A stretch of 63,773 nt of DNA, filler included, from Reclinomonas americana ATCC 50394 (GCA_048213135.1; 6 parts of 6 records of this genome joined end to end with filler, not necessarily neighbours in it), one strand, 5' to 3'. Counted from the first letter of the whole stretch, positions 24,388 to 36,875 are shown. The notes: generated by a model from the sequence alone, not told the origin. Numbers and translations: made by a program.

Positions 24388-26019
24388 ATGGGCGGTCTGT
24401 CATGCGTAACCGTTCACGCCTCCACGCTCCCACACGTGCCGTCGTCGTCGCCGTCGCTGACACAGCAGCGGATCGCGTGTCTTCAGCGGAATCATGTCAA
24501 CCTCAAGTACACGCTGGAGAGGCCGCCGGACCCGCTGGAGCTGCTGCACGCACTCAACGCACTCGGGCACGAACACCTGCTACAAACGGTCTCCACTCGA
24601 GTGTACGACACGCCCACGCATCGCGTGATGCTCGGCAAGCTGGCCAGTATGGCTGTGCTGCTGGCTGAAGATCGGCTGGCGCACACACGGGGTGCGAATG
24701 GCGTGGCAATTGTCGGGGCTGACGGCGTCGGCAAGTCGACTGTGCTGCGCGTCTTCGCCGAGGTGTGTCCGCTGATGGCGCCGACGGTGGTGCCAGTGTA
24801 CGTCAGCGTCAGCAGCATGCTTGGTGAGATTGACGGACGCGGTTTCAGTGCCGGCGTGCGTCCGCTCGGCGAACTCGCCTGCGAGGCACTGGAGCGGCAC
24901 GGCTTTATCGTGCCGAGTCGACCCTCCTCCATTAATGGCAATAGCGGCAACGGCAACGGCAACAACGGCAGCAGCAACAATGCGGATGAGCGCGAGGGCG
25001 ACAACTGGAGTGCCCTCCGTGTGGCCGACTCGGTGCTGGCCGCCACCAATCGGCACATTCTCTTCCTCGTCGACGACGTGGACCAGCTGTATACCGTCAA
25101 GGCGTTGCAGTCGACACTAGAGGAGGCGCAGCTGGCGCGCGGATTGCTGCGCGAGATGGCGGCCCTGGCCGATGGGTTTCCCAGCGGTCGATTCGCCGTG
25201 GTTCTCTGCAGTTCGTCTCCGTCGCTCCCGCTGCTCATCAACCGGCAGGCCGTGCGCGACTCCAACCTGAGCAACGAGTACCCGCTGGTGCAAGACTGCC
25301 CGACTCTCACCTCCAGCCGCTTTCCCACCTTTCGGGTGCCGAACGGCTTGATGAACGACCTGAACCTAGTGCAACAAATGCTCCAGCTCGACGACGAGAA
25401 CAAGGCGCGACTGGTGCTGTTCACGTACGGAGCGACTCCACGCCGCGTGCTACGCGGCCTCCACGACCTGGCATTCTACACCGCTCACGGCGGTGTGCGA
25501 GAGGACAGCATGGATCGCACCGACAGCACGCAGCTGGCCATGAGCGACGACTTGGTGGCGGCCTTCTATCAGAAACTGCTGGAGACGATGCGCGAGAAGA
25601 ACGAGGAGTTGCTGAAGAGCCTCATGGTGGAGCCCGACGCCAAGGTGCTATCGGTGGAGCGTGTCACCGAGGTACCGTGGGAGAAGCGCTTTACGCCGCT
25701 GTCGTTTCCCGAGGCTCGCGACGTGTTTGCCGAGGTGCTGCTGAAGCGCGGCAATCAAGCCGACGATGTGCGTGGTCATCAGCTCAACGAGACCCTCTTT
25801 CGCCTGCACGACCTTGGTCTGCTGATGGTGGATCGTGCCGGTGACGGCGTGCCGCACTGGATCTACCCGATGACGATGCGGCATCTGGTGGAGAGCTATC
25901 TCGGCGAGCAGCGCGACATGCAGAAATTCGTCACCACAGTGTCGGTGGAGCTCGGCAAGTGGCTGCGCCAGCCGTTGCAGTCGGTGGCGAACTTGTTGCC
26001 CGGCAGGGGCGGCGGATAG
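24388..26019 (+). CDS. Intronless P-loop NTPase (AAA/STAND-like), function unknown
   Basis: Single ~540-codon ORF with Walker A GADGVGKST and Walker B ILFLVDDVD. First in-frame ATG is at 24388. Confidence 0.8.
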   Translation: MGGLSCVTVHASTLPHVPSSSPSLTQQRIACLQRNHVNLKYTLERPPDPLELLHALNALGHEHLLQTVSTRVYDTPTHRVMLGKLASMAVLLAEDRLAHTRGANGVAIVGADGVGKSTVLRVFAEVCPLMAPTVVPVYVSVSSMLGEIDGRGFSAGVRPLGELACEALERHGFIVPSRPSSINGNSGNGNGNNGSSNNADEREGDNWSALRVADSVLAATNRHILFLVDDVDQLYTVKALQSTLEEAQLARGLLREMAALADGFPSGRFAVVLCSSSPSLPLLINRQAVRDSNLSNEYPLVQDCPTLTSSRFPTFRVPNGLMNDLNLVQQMLQLDDENKARLVLFTYGATPRRVLRGLHDLAFYTAHGGVREDSMDRTDSTQLAMSDDLVAAFYQKLLETMREKNEELLKSLMVEPDAKVLSVERVTEVPWEKRFTPLSFPEARDVFAEVLLKRGNQADDVRGHQLNETLFRLHDLGLLMVDRAGDGVPHWIYPMTMRHLVESYLGEQRDMQKFVTTVSVELGKWLRQPLQSVANLLPGRGGG

Positions 26020-26154
26020 TGAGTGGGTGCGTTGACATTATTATTGAAACTGCGACTTGTGATTTCTCTCTTTGTTTTTTTTTTTTTGTATTCCACGATG
26101 CGAGGAGGGAACGAGAGCGACAAACGAAGCAGAGAGACAGAGCGATGAGAGCGC

Positions 26155-28759
26155 TTACTCGGGGAAGTTGCCTTCGCCATCATTGTCCACTGGCGGCGGC
26201 GGCATGCCAGCACCCGCCAGCATGCCCTGTTGCCGCATGGCCAGCATCATCGGAATCTGCGGCACGGCCTCGGCAGCGCGCGCCAGACTACAAAACGGGT
26301 TGAGGAACGAAAAATGAGTGAGGACGCACATACGCGTGTTCTTGTAGTTTTTCAGCACGCACCTCACGCGACCAGTGTTCTCGGGGTCCAAAATCTGGAA
26401 GATCGGATCGAGAGCCTCAGTGCGGATGAGCAACAGGCCCACCTCCTTGATGATGGCCAGGTACACGTGGATGATCTGACAAACCATGCGGTGAGATGCG
26501 TGAGTGTCACCCGAGTACTGCTACTGCGGAGCGGGGATACACACCTCGAGGATCAGGCGCAGCATGCGCTTGGTGATGATCTCGGCCTCCTCAATGGTCA
26601 CGCGTCCGTCCTGGCCGCAGCAACACGCAGTGAGGAACAATGCGCACAACAACACACCGCGAGATTCGCCGCTCGTTCACACACCATGTTGATGTCAAAT
26701 ATCGACAGCAGGCTGACCAACAGAGTGCGGACGCGGTTGATCGGTGGGTTACCGGCCACCGACGGCGCAAAGGCCTCCGCCACACGGAACATGGACTCGA
26801 ACTCGGCGAGCGACACACGGCCGTCTCCCTGCGCACCACCATTTCTTGAGCATCACGAAGACAGCAGTGCCGGCGAGAGACACACAAATTGACGCACGTT
26901 CTTGTCAATCAGCTTGAACACGGCGGAGAAGAGAGCAGGGAACTTGCGCTCCATGACAGCCGGCACATTCTCCGACAGCACTGAGGGGGGAAGAGAGTGA
27001 GAGGGTCAGCAGCAGGCGATGTTGTGGCAACGAAAAGAGCACGCACAGGCGAGAATGGCGGGCGGCAAGGCGGCGGCACCCGGGTTGAAGACGGCAGCCT
27101 GCTGCATGCCTTGGTTGACCTGTGAGGCCGAGTGAGCAGAGTGACAGCGGGAGAGGAATTCAACAAACAGATGCGCAACTCCCTGCATGAAGTCCTCACG
27201 AATGTTGCCGTGTGCCATGCGGTACATGGTGGCCTCCGACACCTGTCCGTCGTCGGACTTGGAGCTGGCCTCCACGAATTGCTGCATCGAAGCAGGTTGG
27301 TGCCAGTCACCGCGACACACAAAACGAACAGAGCACCAACCTCACGGGTGCGGTGGTACTGTGCCATCATCATTCCGTACGGCGACTGCGGCGAGTCGGC
27401 GAGCGCGTTCAGCTGCATCTCCACCATCTGCAGCACTGTTGAAGGAGTCCCGAGTGCATGAGTATTTCTTGCAGGTGAGAGCACACGCTTAGTGACGCAA
27501 CTCTCCGGCGGGATGAGCGCGAGCAGATCGTCGACAGTCACAGCGCCACTATTGAGAGCAGTGAGTGAGACAGTGACACACGCGCGCGCGGGTGATCTCG
27601 TGTGTCAGCACGCAACTCTCCGTCCTGGTCGACAAACATGTAGGCCAGGGAGAGGGCGTTGTGAATCAGCGTCGAGTCGAACAGGAGCACTTGCGACAGC
27701 GAGTCAATGAGCTGGTCGCTGAACATGACGACCGTCTCGAACTGTGCACATGCAGCGTGAGTTGCGCGAAAAATGTCCACCATCACAAGGAAACACAGGA
27801 TGCGCACCAGGTCAGCCAGCAGCGCCGTCAGCGAGTCCTTCGTCAGGTGGCCTGTGAGGAAAACAGATGAGAAAAACGTGAAAGCCGCCGAGCGCAGCAT
27901 CAAACACACCATCGCCGTTCTGCATTACGGGTGAGAAGCGAAACCAACACAGCACGAGGGATATACATCATCACGCACCACGTCGAGAATGGCCAGCAGA
28001 GACGGCAAGTCCTGTCGCGCAAACAGATCCAACACCTCGCGGACCTCGGCCTCGGAGATGCGTCCATCACGGTTGCGGTCAAAGAACTGCCGACACAATC
28101 AACCAATAAGACAACCGTCCATCCACACGACCCGTAAACAGAAGGGCGAAGAGACCTTGAAGAGCTGTGGGATGAGCAAGTTCGAGCGCATCTCCAGTCC
28201 GTGCATCGCACCGTCGACCACCTGCTCCAGCCGCGCTTGGCCTGCAACACGGGAAAAACCGGACCACATATTAACACGGCGCACCAGACAAAATACATCC
28301 TCGATGGTATATTACCTCGAAGACCCGGCGGCAGGCGACCCATGACCTGCAGAATCGAGCCACGAATGATGGCCTGTGCAACAGAGACAGTGAGCACAAC
28401 GAAAAAGGCAGTGACAACAGTGCTCGTTGGAGACCTTGATGGGCGTGTTGACCACCATGCGGAACTCCTCCTGCACAAGCACACAGTTAATCGATGCTGC
28501 GACTGGTGATTGTGGCTTGCGAGTGTGCGCCTCACCAGTTCCACGTTGCCGTCGCGAGCCACCGCCGCCAAAAAGGCCAACGGATCCTCCGTGTCGAGGT
28601 ACTCAGCGACCATGCGCTGTGACTCAGTGCGTCCAAGAGCTCCGTCGTCGGCCTGTCACATAAAGAGAGAGGGAGAGAGGGAAGGGAGAGGGAAAGAGGC
28701 AGGCGGAGTTGAGAGAGACAGCGTGCGAACACATCTCGGGGAAATTTTCTGAGATACAT
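26155..28759 (-). CDS. Multi-EF-hand calcium-binding protein, many short exons
   Basis: Spliced loops FDRNRDGRISEAE, LDV|NGDG|HLTKDS, VDQDGD|GAVTVDD, IDKN|GDGRVSLAEF, FDINM|DGRVTIEE, LDPENTGRV. Ends DGEGNFPE*. Confidence 0.8.
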
Positions 28760-29013
28760 GATGTGCATGTGTGTGCGCTCTTCTCTTGTGTATTGTGTCT
28801 CTGTCATTTGATGGCAATGCTGTGTTTCGGCTATCGTGCGCGCGCGCGTTGTCTGTGACATCTCACACACAAGAAAGGAAAAAAAGACAGACAAGAAAAA
28901 CGACGCGGCAAACGCGCAAAGAAGAGAGAGAGAGAGAGAGAGAGAGGAGGACGCGGCGGAAGGAAGACGNNNNNNNNNNNNNNNNNNNNNNNNNNNNNNN
29001 NNNNNNNNNNNNN

Positions 29014-29025
29014 TTAATTAATTAA
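29014..29025. other. Artificial scaffold spacer TTAATTAATTAA (also at 32954, 53764, 57580, 62169)
   Basis: Identical 12-mer with stops in all six frames, flanked by equal N runs, occurring five times. Confidence 0.97.
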
Positions 29026-29070
29026 NNNNNNNNNNNNNNNNNNNNNNNNNNNNNNNNNNNNNNNNNNNNT

Positions 29071-30082
29071 GCGACTGGCGCTGGCACCATCGCCACCTCG
29101 TTCTTCGGCCTGTTCTCGTACAACTCTGGCTTCTACCAGCAGATTACCGGCTTCACTGTGAGCGGCACCGCTACAACTTTGTGGCGGCCACGCAGTACAC
29201 AGCCAAAATACGTGTGACCGTCAACAGCAACATCAATCCCTCGGCGGCCGGCTCCATCGATATCCAGGCCACCACCGACAACAACGGCTCCGTGCCGGCT
29301 GCGCCCACTGGTGTGGCGTACTCGCGCCTGTTCTCAACTGGCGTGCGCCTCAACTTCTCGACCCCGATCAGCGTCGGCGGCTCCAACACTGCCACCTCGA
29401 GCGCCACGCAGAGCAACCTGACGACGCCGACCCCGAACTTGAGCGCCTACCGTGTGGTGTACTCGACCACCAGCGCCTCGTCGGTGACTGCTGCCACTGC
29501 CGGCTCTGCCGTCAACATTGACACCAGCTCCATCCCGTCCACCAACGGCAGCGGTACTGCGGCGTCGTGGAACAACAACCTGTCGACCTACTACATTGAC
29601 GTGACTGGCTTGCCGGCTGGCACCTCGGTCAACCTGCAGATCTGTGCCAGCAACCAGTTCTCGATTGCCTTCCCGACGTCGCCCTTCAACCCGGCCGGCA
29701 CCACCGCCAACCCGGTGACGTGCGTGTTCAGCACTGCCATCAACTTCACCACTCCGGCTGCCTCTGGCGTCGTGCCGAACCCGCCGACCAACCTGGCGGT
29801 GACGCAGTACGGCCTCAACAACATCTTCCTGCAGTGGACGATTCCGCAGAACTTTGGCAGCCGCCGTGACGGTGTTCACCATCTTCCGCGGCCAGGGCAG
29901 CGCGACCCCGGTGTCTGTGGGCACGGTGACCCTGCCGGCTGGCTGGGCGCTGACCGCCGCTTACACTGCCGACACAACGCTGACGGCCAACACGTCGTAC
30001 ACGTACCAGGTGTACGCCACTGCCACGTCGACCAACTCGGCCACGGCTGCTGGCCCGATCACTCAGACCACTCACAACACCA
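29071..30082 (+). CDS. Fibronectin type III-repeat, Thr/Ala/Ser-rich putative surface protein (partial; two apparent 1-bp frameshifts)
   Basis: PAAPTGVAYS...IDVTGLPAGTSVNLQICASN and PNPPTNLAVTQYGLNNIFLQWTIP...LTANTSYTYQVYA are FN3-like. Frame changes near 29171 and 29858. Confidence 0.7.
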
Positions 30083-30890
30083 GTTGCGTGGAGGGGGGAA
30101 AGGAGGGGAGGGAGGCGGGAAGGGAAAGAAAGAGGAGATGAGAGNNNNNNNNNNNNNNNNNNNNNNNNNNNNNNNNNNNNNNNNNNNNNNNNNNNNNNNN
30201 NNNNNNNNNNNNNNNNNNNNNNNNNNNNNNNNNNNNNNNNNNNNNNNNNNNNNNNNNNNNNNNNNNNNNNNNNNNNNNNNNNNNNNNNNNNNNNNNNNNN
30301 NNNNNNNNNNNNNNNNNNNNNNNNNNNNNNNNNNNNNNNNNNNNNNNNNNNNNNNNNNNNNNNNNNNNNNNNNNNNNNNNNNNNNNNNNNNNNNNNNNNN
30401 NNNNNNNNNNNNNNNNNNNNNNNNNNNNNNNNNNNNNNNNNNNNNNNNNNNNNNNNNNNNNNNNNNNNNNNNNNNNNNNNNNNNNNNNNNNNNNNNNNNN
30501 NNNNNNNNNNNNNNNNNNNNNNNNNNNNNNNNNNNNNNNNNNNNNNNNNNNNNNNNNNNNNNNNNNNNNNNNNNNNNNNNNNNNNNNNNNNNNNNNNNNN
30601 NNNNNNNNNNNNNNNNNNNNNNNNNNNNNNNNNNNNNNNNNNNNNNNNNNNNNNNNNNNNNNNNNNNNNNNNNNNNNNNNNNNNNNNNNNNNNNNNNNNN
30701 NNNNNNNNNNNNNNNNNNNNNNNNNNNNNNNNNNNNNNNNNNNNNNNNNNNNNNNNNNNNNNNNNNNNNNNNNNNNNNNNNNNNNNNNNNNNNNNNNNNN
30801 NNNATGCAAAACACAAAAGGCTACGAGATGAGCGACATCTCACTTTTGTCTCGCGCGCCCCTCCCCCCGTTTTTCGTGGTGCGTTCGACG

Positions 30891-31803
30891 TAACCTCGCG
30901 CTCCTTGTTGAACTTGATCTCCTTCTCCGGGTAAAAGTTGTTCCACAGGCGGCACAAGAGTTGTCCGTCGGAAATGGCCTCCCACAAGTCGCCCGCCTAA
31001 GCACACACACGCAAGCACACACGCACAAGTTGATCAGCATGCATGCTCATATAGTACAGAGAGAGAAGGAGAGAGAGAGAGGAAAGTGTGCGTTCTATGA
31101 CAAGATGATCAGACTGTGATGCAAAGAGCACACACACATGCTCTCACGCAGAGAGGAGTGTGCAATGCGTGCAATGAGCGCGAGTGACGCCACATGATCT
31201 TTCACAATGACGCACACTCACTGTGCGCGCGCGTGCAAAGAGCACACACTCGTGCACACACACATGCACACACAGGCGCGCACAATGCTCAGTGCGTGTG
31301 TGCATAGCGTGTGCGAAAGTGATGCAGTGGGCGAACAATCACACAATGATGCACACCTCAATGAGCGCATCTGTGACAGCGCGCAACACAAGACACACAG
31401 GCGAGTGTGTGTGCGAGAGGGTAATGTGTGCATGAAAGAGCAGATGCTCAAAATCGTCTAATGCACGTGTCACTAAGACGCACTCGTTGCAAGACACGCA
31501 CAGAGAGAGAGAGAGAGATAAAGGCACAGTGTGTGTGTGTGTGTGTGCGTCTGTGTTCACTTGTTGCAAGACACACAGAGGAGATTAACGAACATGCACT
31601 CTTCTCTCTCTCTCTCTCTCTTGTTACGCAACTGCCTCTGCGCCTCCTGGCATGCGCAGTGACTCTGCGGCCCATCGACTGATCTCATGTGAGTAGAGCG
31701 CATCGTCTTCCACGCGACGCTCCATGCGACGCGTGTCCATGGTCGAGCCTTCGGCCTCGCGTTGCGCCATCTTTTGGCGAAGTTCTTGCATAAAGTCTGC
31801 CAT
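30891..31803 (-). CDS. Calponin-homology domain protein, 3'-partial
   Basis: MADFMQELRQKMAQRE...HEISRWAAE followed by exon GDLWEAISDGQLLCRLWNNFYPEKEIKFNK (CH-domain L.DG..LC.L motif). Confidence 0.7.
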
Positions 31804-32019
31804 TTTTGTTGAAGGAAAGGGGGTAACGGTGGTGCCTATGCGCCTGGTGTGTGTGTGGGAGTGGAAGGGGTGTGCACGCGCGCGCGGAAGCGACTGTGCG
31901 ATGGACGAGTGATTGCGATTTGCGGGACGCGACGTTTTTCTTGCAAGTTGGAAGCATCGTTGACTTTCCGGCAACGTATTCGCCGTGGTGATATGCGGCT
32001 TCGGCAAACACTGCCCTTC

Positions 32020-32760
32020 CCTCTTTCGAATTCTCTTTGCAGCCGAACTTACAAGGCGATTCGATCACGTTCGTCCGCCTTGACTATCTGGCATCGCTTC
32101 TGCCTTGGTGTTACACACTCAGTGGCAACCTTGTAGCTCCTCTGCTCTTGACCTCTCCAAATTCTCTTGAGTCGAACTTTCAAGGTGGCTCGATCGCGAT
32201 CTCGATGACGTTCGTCCGCTTTGAATTTCCACAATCGCTTCTGCATAGGCGATACACACCCAACTGCAACCTTGTGGCCGCTCTGCTCTTGACGTCTTTC
32301 GAATTCTCCCTGCAGCAGTCCTTTCTAGGCGATCGCGATCACTTCCGTCGACAGTGACTTCCCAACATTGCTTCTGCCTTGGCCAATTGGTGCCGGCAAC
32401 TGCACGTCGACACTCACAAGTCGAACTTACAAGCGATCTTCCTGGACTTCCCAGCATCGCGTTCAGCCAGTAGCAACCCTCTTGTTCCTCTGCTCTCCGG
32501 TTACCCGTCGGTTTCCGCTTGCAACCCTTGGATCTGGAGCTCGAAGTCAAACGCGCGATCGCGATCGGCTACAACCGTGCCGAGAGATCTCTTGCGTTAT
32601 CCTATCTCGCTCGCCTGGCCTCCACTGACCCTTCGATTCGGTCAAGGTGAGCAAAACCCTGCAAGTCGATCTTTTTCGTCAATCTAGATCTCTCACCATC
32701 TCGTTCACCTTGTCACACACCCATCGGCGAGCTTGTGGCCCTCTGCTCTCCGTTGACACT
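32020..32760. repeat. Degenerate ~141-bp tandem repeat
   Basis: ttcgtccgc at 32070 and 32211; ctctgctcttg at 32140 and 32281; further decayed copies at ~32420-32500 and ~32735. Confidence 0.7.
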
Positions 32761-33402
32761 TCGAGTTCCACCTGCCTTTCTTGCATCCTGCCACTTACTC
32801 TTGATCCTTATGGTGGCGCAGCCCCGATCTCCACCGCCTTGCCCTTCACACACACACACACACACACATAGCAATCAACTTCCGCTCCCTCCTGACCTCA
32901 TCATTCATGNNNNNNNNNNNNNNNNNNNNNNNNNNNNNNNNNNNNNNNNNNNNTTAATTAATTAANNNNNNNNNNNNNNNNNNNNNNNNNNNNNNNNNNN
33001 NNNNNNNNNTGAGTACGCTCACTGTAACTCTCTCCACTGCCTCTGCCAGAGCAAGCACCTGTCAACGCACTCATCTCAACCTCTTTCTCCACCCCTCTCT
33101 CATCTCAGTCTCTCACGTTGCGTGCCTGCTAATCCCCTCGACACCTCTCAGCACGCGACGCTTGAATCTCGCTATCTCTCACTCACTCTCACGCATACAG
33201 AAAGCTGCCTGACAGCTCGCTCACAGTCGCTCTCTCCACTCCCCTCTGCCAGAGCAACCGTCCCACATGATTAATCACTCGCTTCAAACCGCATCACGCA
33301 ACACACAAAGTCTCTCTCTCCACTTCGCCGCCTACTGCTATCTCTCCCTTCCCCTTCCCTTTCCCCCTTCCCCCCTCCCTCCCCTTCCTCCTTCCCTCAT
33401 GC

Positions 33403-35188
33403 CCACCGAGTCATCCTCCGACGCCACCGCCAGCTCATCCGAATCCGCCTCAAACGGATTCCACTCAATCGAGGTAATGGGCCCGGCGTGATACGCATGC
33501 CCGCCCACGGGCTGGAACGACGGCTGGCGCGCAATAAACTTGCGCAGATCCCACACCTTGAAGGCACCATCGTCGCCGCCCGAGGCCAGCAAGTGCGCCT
33601 GATGCCTGCACTCCAACGAGTGAGAATGTAGAGGGACGAAACCACCACAAGACGGCTTCCTTTGACACCAACCTGTTCCATGAAATCACATTCACGTCGC
33701 TGTCGTGCGCCTGCACCGTCAGCTGGCACTTCTTTTCCCTGGTGTCCCAGATGCGCACGGTGTGATCGGCCGAGCAGGTGGCAAACACGGTGCGCTCCGT
33801 CGGGCTCCACTGAATGTCCTCCACCGACGACTTGTGCCCTCTCCGAGCCGCCTCCACCTGCCATGCTCCGGCCTCCAGCGGCTTCCACACGCACACGTGA
33901 TTTGCGCAGTCGCCACTCGCGAACCTGGGGAGTCGGTGTGAGTCTCTCAAGATGGAAGGGAAAGAAGCGCACTGTGCAAGAGACGCAACAATCCCGGCGT
34001 CAGCAGACTCCAGTCCATCGCAAATCCCTCGGCGGCGTGCTGATGCGAGAAGAGTGGCGCGGGGTTGGCCGACTGGCGGTGCATGGGGCCGACCAGCGAT
34101 GCAATCTTCTCCGCAATATCCCACATGTAGACGTTGCCGTCCTCGGACCACGAGGCCACAATGTTGGAGTGTTGTGGCATGCACTAGGAGGAGCAGGTCA
34201 GCGACGCAAAAGCAGAAGGAAGGATGTGAGACGTACTCACCCTCACACGGTTGACAGCGCCAGGGTGCGGCACAGTGCGATGCTCCAGCACCGGATCATC
34301 GTCGACATTGTCACCCGTCTCGTCCTCATCGTCGCCTGCTCGCACACGTCAGGCCTTGTCTTGTCTATGCTTCTCTCCCTCCATCTCGCTCTCACGCAAC
34401 TATCCAGCGCCTCATCAAACTTGGTGCGATACAAGTCCGAGAACTTCATCACATACAGCATGCTGGCACCGTCCGCCGCCTGCGATCCACTGACCAAGAA
34501 GCCCGTCATCGGGAACTACACAAGCAGCAAGTGAGCAAGCGATGGCGAAGCCAACGTTCTACTACTACACAGTAACGCAACATTGACGCGGTTCTCGCCC
34601 AAATCGTCTCGAATGCAATCAAACGACAAGCACGGCCACTCGGCGGCCACCGCGTAGTAAATCTCGTACGCACTCGAGTCGTAATCAAGCACCTCGTCCT
34701 CGCCCATTCCCTGCGATCGGCGCCACACTGCGACCGGACCCTTTGCCTCCTCATCTTCCTCGTCGTCTTCCTCTTCGTCGACTGGAGCCGCAGAGGAGCT
34801 TGCACCTCCCCCCTCCTCGTCCTCATCGATTTCCTCATCGTCGAATGCCGCCGGTTCCTCTTCGTATTCGTCCTCAAAGGCATCCTCAAAGTTCGGCAAC
34901 TCGCCGTCGTCCTCCAAATCGCGTCTGAGGGGCGCGCGCGTGTAAACAAAGTGTGTGAATGTGCCGTGATGTGCAGATCTGCACATGCCCCCCGCCCCCT
35001 CTCACTCGCGCCCACACGCACTCTTCGTCGTGTTCTCCCTCGTCGTGCTCTAGTGGCTCCTCCGCGACATCACGCACAGAGCGTGCCACTGCATCGTCTC
35101 CGGCGGCTGCTCCTGCGCCGGATGAGGCAAAGGTCACTGCGCGTCGCTTCTTGCGCCCGGATGAGCCCTCTCCTCTTCTCTTTGGCAT
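33403..35188 (-). CDS. GRWD1: Glutamate-rich WD repeat protein 1 / Rrb1, 3'-partial
   Basis: FEDAFEDEYEEE, LDYDSSAYEIYY...EWPCLSFDCIRDDLGENR|FPMTGFLVSGSQA, EGFAMDWS, GHKSSVEDIQWSPTERTVFATCSADHTVRIWD, LLASGGDDGAFKVWDLR, HAGPITSIEWNP. Confidence 0.93.
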
Positions 35189-35257
35189 GTGTGTGGGAAA
35201 GGGAAAGGGGGAGGAGAGTGCGTTGTGCGTAAGGGGGAGAGGAGAGTGTGTGCCAGA

Positions 35258-35743
35258 TTCCCGCCAATTTGTGCGAGTGGATTGTCCATCATGCCGAAAA
35301 CTCAGACGCGCTGACGGTGAAGGACCATTGTGCGTGCGTTTCCTTATGGCGATTGCGTATGACATGCGCACAATGCGAGAGAAACGCAAGGGCTTTGAGT
35401 GGAAAAGAGTGAGAGTCCGATTTCCCGCCACTTTTGCGAGTGATTGTCCATCAAACGCACTCACTGTGAGCGACCCTCGCTCACGCGTATTCCCACGGTG
35501 AATACTAGATACACAGCAGCAGGCAGAGAGAAACTCAAGTGTTCTTTTGTGAGAGTGCTGTTTCCCGCCAATTTGTGCGAGCGATTTGTCCTTTGCACTC
35601 TTATCTCAAACTTTCTCTGTGTTGAGCTCTTTTGCGCGCTCGTTTGTGTGTGTGTGCTTACAGTGAGGGTTACATAGAGGCGCAGAGGAAGAGAAGGAAG
35701 AGCTTTCATCAGGTGTGTGATTTCGTTTAGTTTTGGGCGGGAA
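35258..35743. promoter_or_regulatory. Four E2F-like TT(T)CCCGCC motifs upstream of GRWD1
   Basis: TTCCCGCCA at 35258, TTTCCCGCCA at 35421 and 35561, and reverse GGCGGGAA at ~35736. Three sit in a ~30-bp repeated block. Confidence 0.4.
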
Positions 35744-36309
35744 GTTAAATATTACTCTCTTTGTGTGTTCTCTTTCTCTTCTCTCTCTCTTTGTCACACA
35801 CACTCTCTCTGTGTGTGAGAGCGTGTGTGCGTGTGTGCCTCTCTCAGTGCGTTCGTGTCATGACATAACGCGAAATGCAATTTGTGAGTTGTGAATGAGC
35901 ACGTGTTCTCACTCTCTCACTCTCACAACACACTCTCTCTCTCACACTCTCAGAGTGTGCGCACATTCTTCTCTGCCTTTCTTTGTGTGCGTGTGGGTGT
36001 TGCTCGTGAAAGTGTGTCACTGTGACAAACCCCTTGGCGCGCATCTGCGAGTGAGTAGCCTCACACACACTCTCTCTCTCTCTTACACAGACACACTCTA
36101 CTCTCACTCTTCTCTCACTCTCTCGCTGTGTGTGCGCGCGCGTGTTTGTGAATGACCCTCTGCCGCGCTCCTTCATATTCGTTATTTTCGCTCGTTGTTG
36201 TCTCCTGTCGCACACAGCTCAGCGCGCTCAGTCTCACTCATTGCTCTCAGTCGCGCGTTCATTCATTCATTCATCCATTGCGTCATTCACGCGCTCTCTA
36301 TCACAAATC

Positions 36310-36875
36310 GCATTGTGGCACTCAATTCTTGTCTTTGTCACTCTCCTTCACTCGTTTGTGTGCGTCTCCTTGCACACTGGGCACACGTTGGCAAGGCTCT
36401 CTGTCGTGCTCATGCTTGCAGCCTCTCACACTTGCGCGCTCTCTCACAAACTCTCATTGGGACACTCAATTCTTGTCTCCCCTTTCCCCCTCGCTCATTC
36501 ACTCGTTTGTGTGCGTCTCCTTGCAAACTGGACTCACGCTGACAAGGCGCTCTGTTGCGCTCATGCTTGCAGCCTCTCATAAGTGCGCTCTCTCGCAAAC
36601 TCTCATTGAGACACTCAATTCTTGTCGTCACCCTCACTCTCCCACACGCGTCTGTGCTTTCCCATGCACTCTTGAACGCACTCTGTCGTGCTCATGCTTG
36701 CAGCCTCTCATAAGTGCGCTCTCTCGCAAACTCTCATTGGGACACTCAATTCGTCTCGCTCACTCTCCTTCATGCCTTTGCGCTCTCCCTTGCACTCTTG
36801 CACTCTTGGACTCGCACGTTCATTCATGCAGCCTCTCGCACTGTGCACTCTCATTGGGACGCTCAATTCTCTCAT
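36310..36875. repeat. Degenerate 130-150-bp tandem repeat (intergenic)
   Basis: ctcatgcttgcagcctctc at ~36410, 36560 and 36691, each followed by ctctcattgggacactcaatt variants. Confidence 0.8.
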
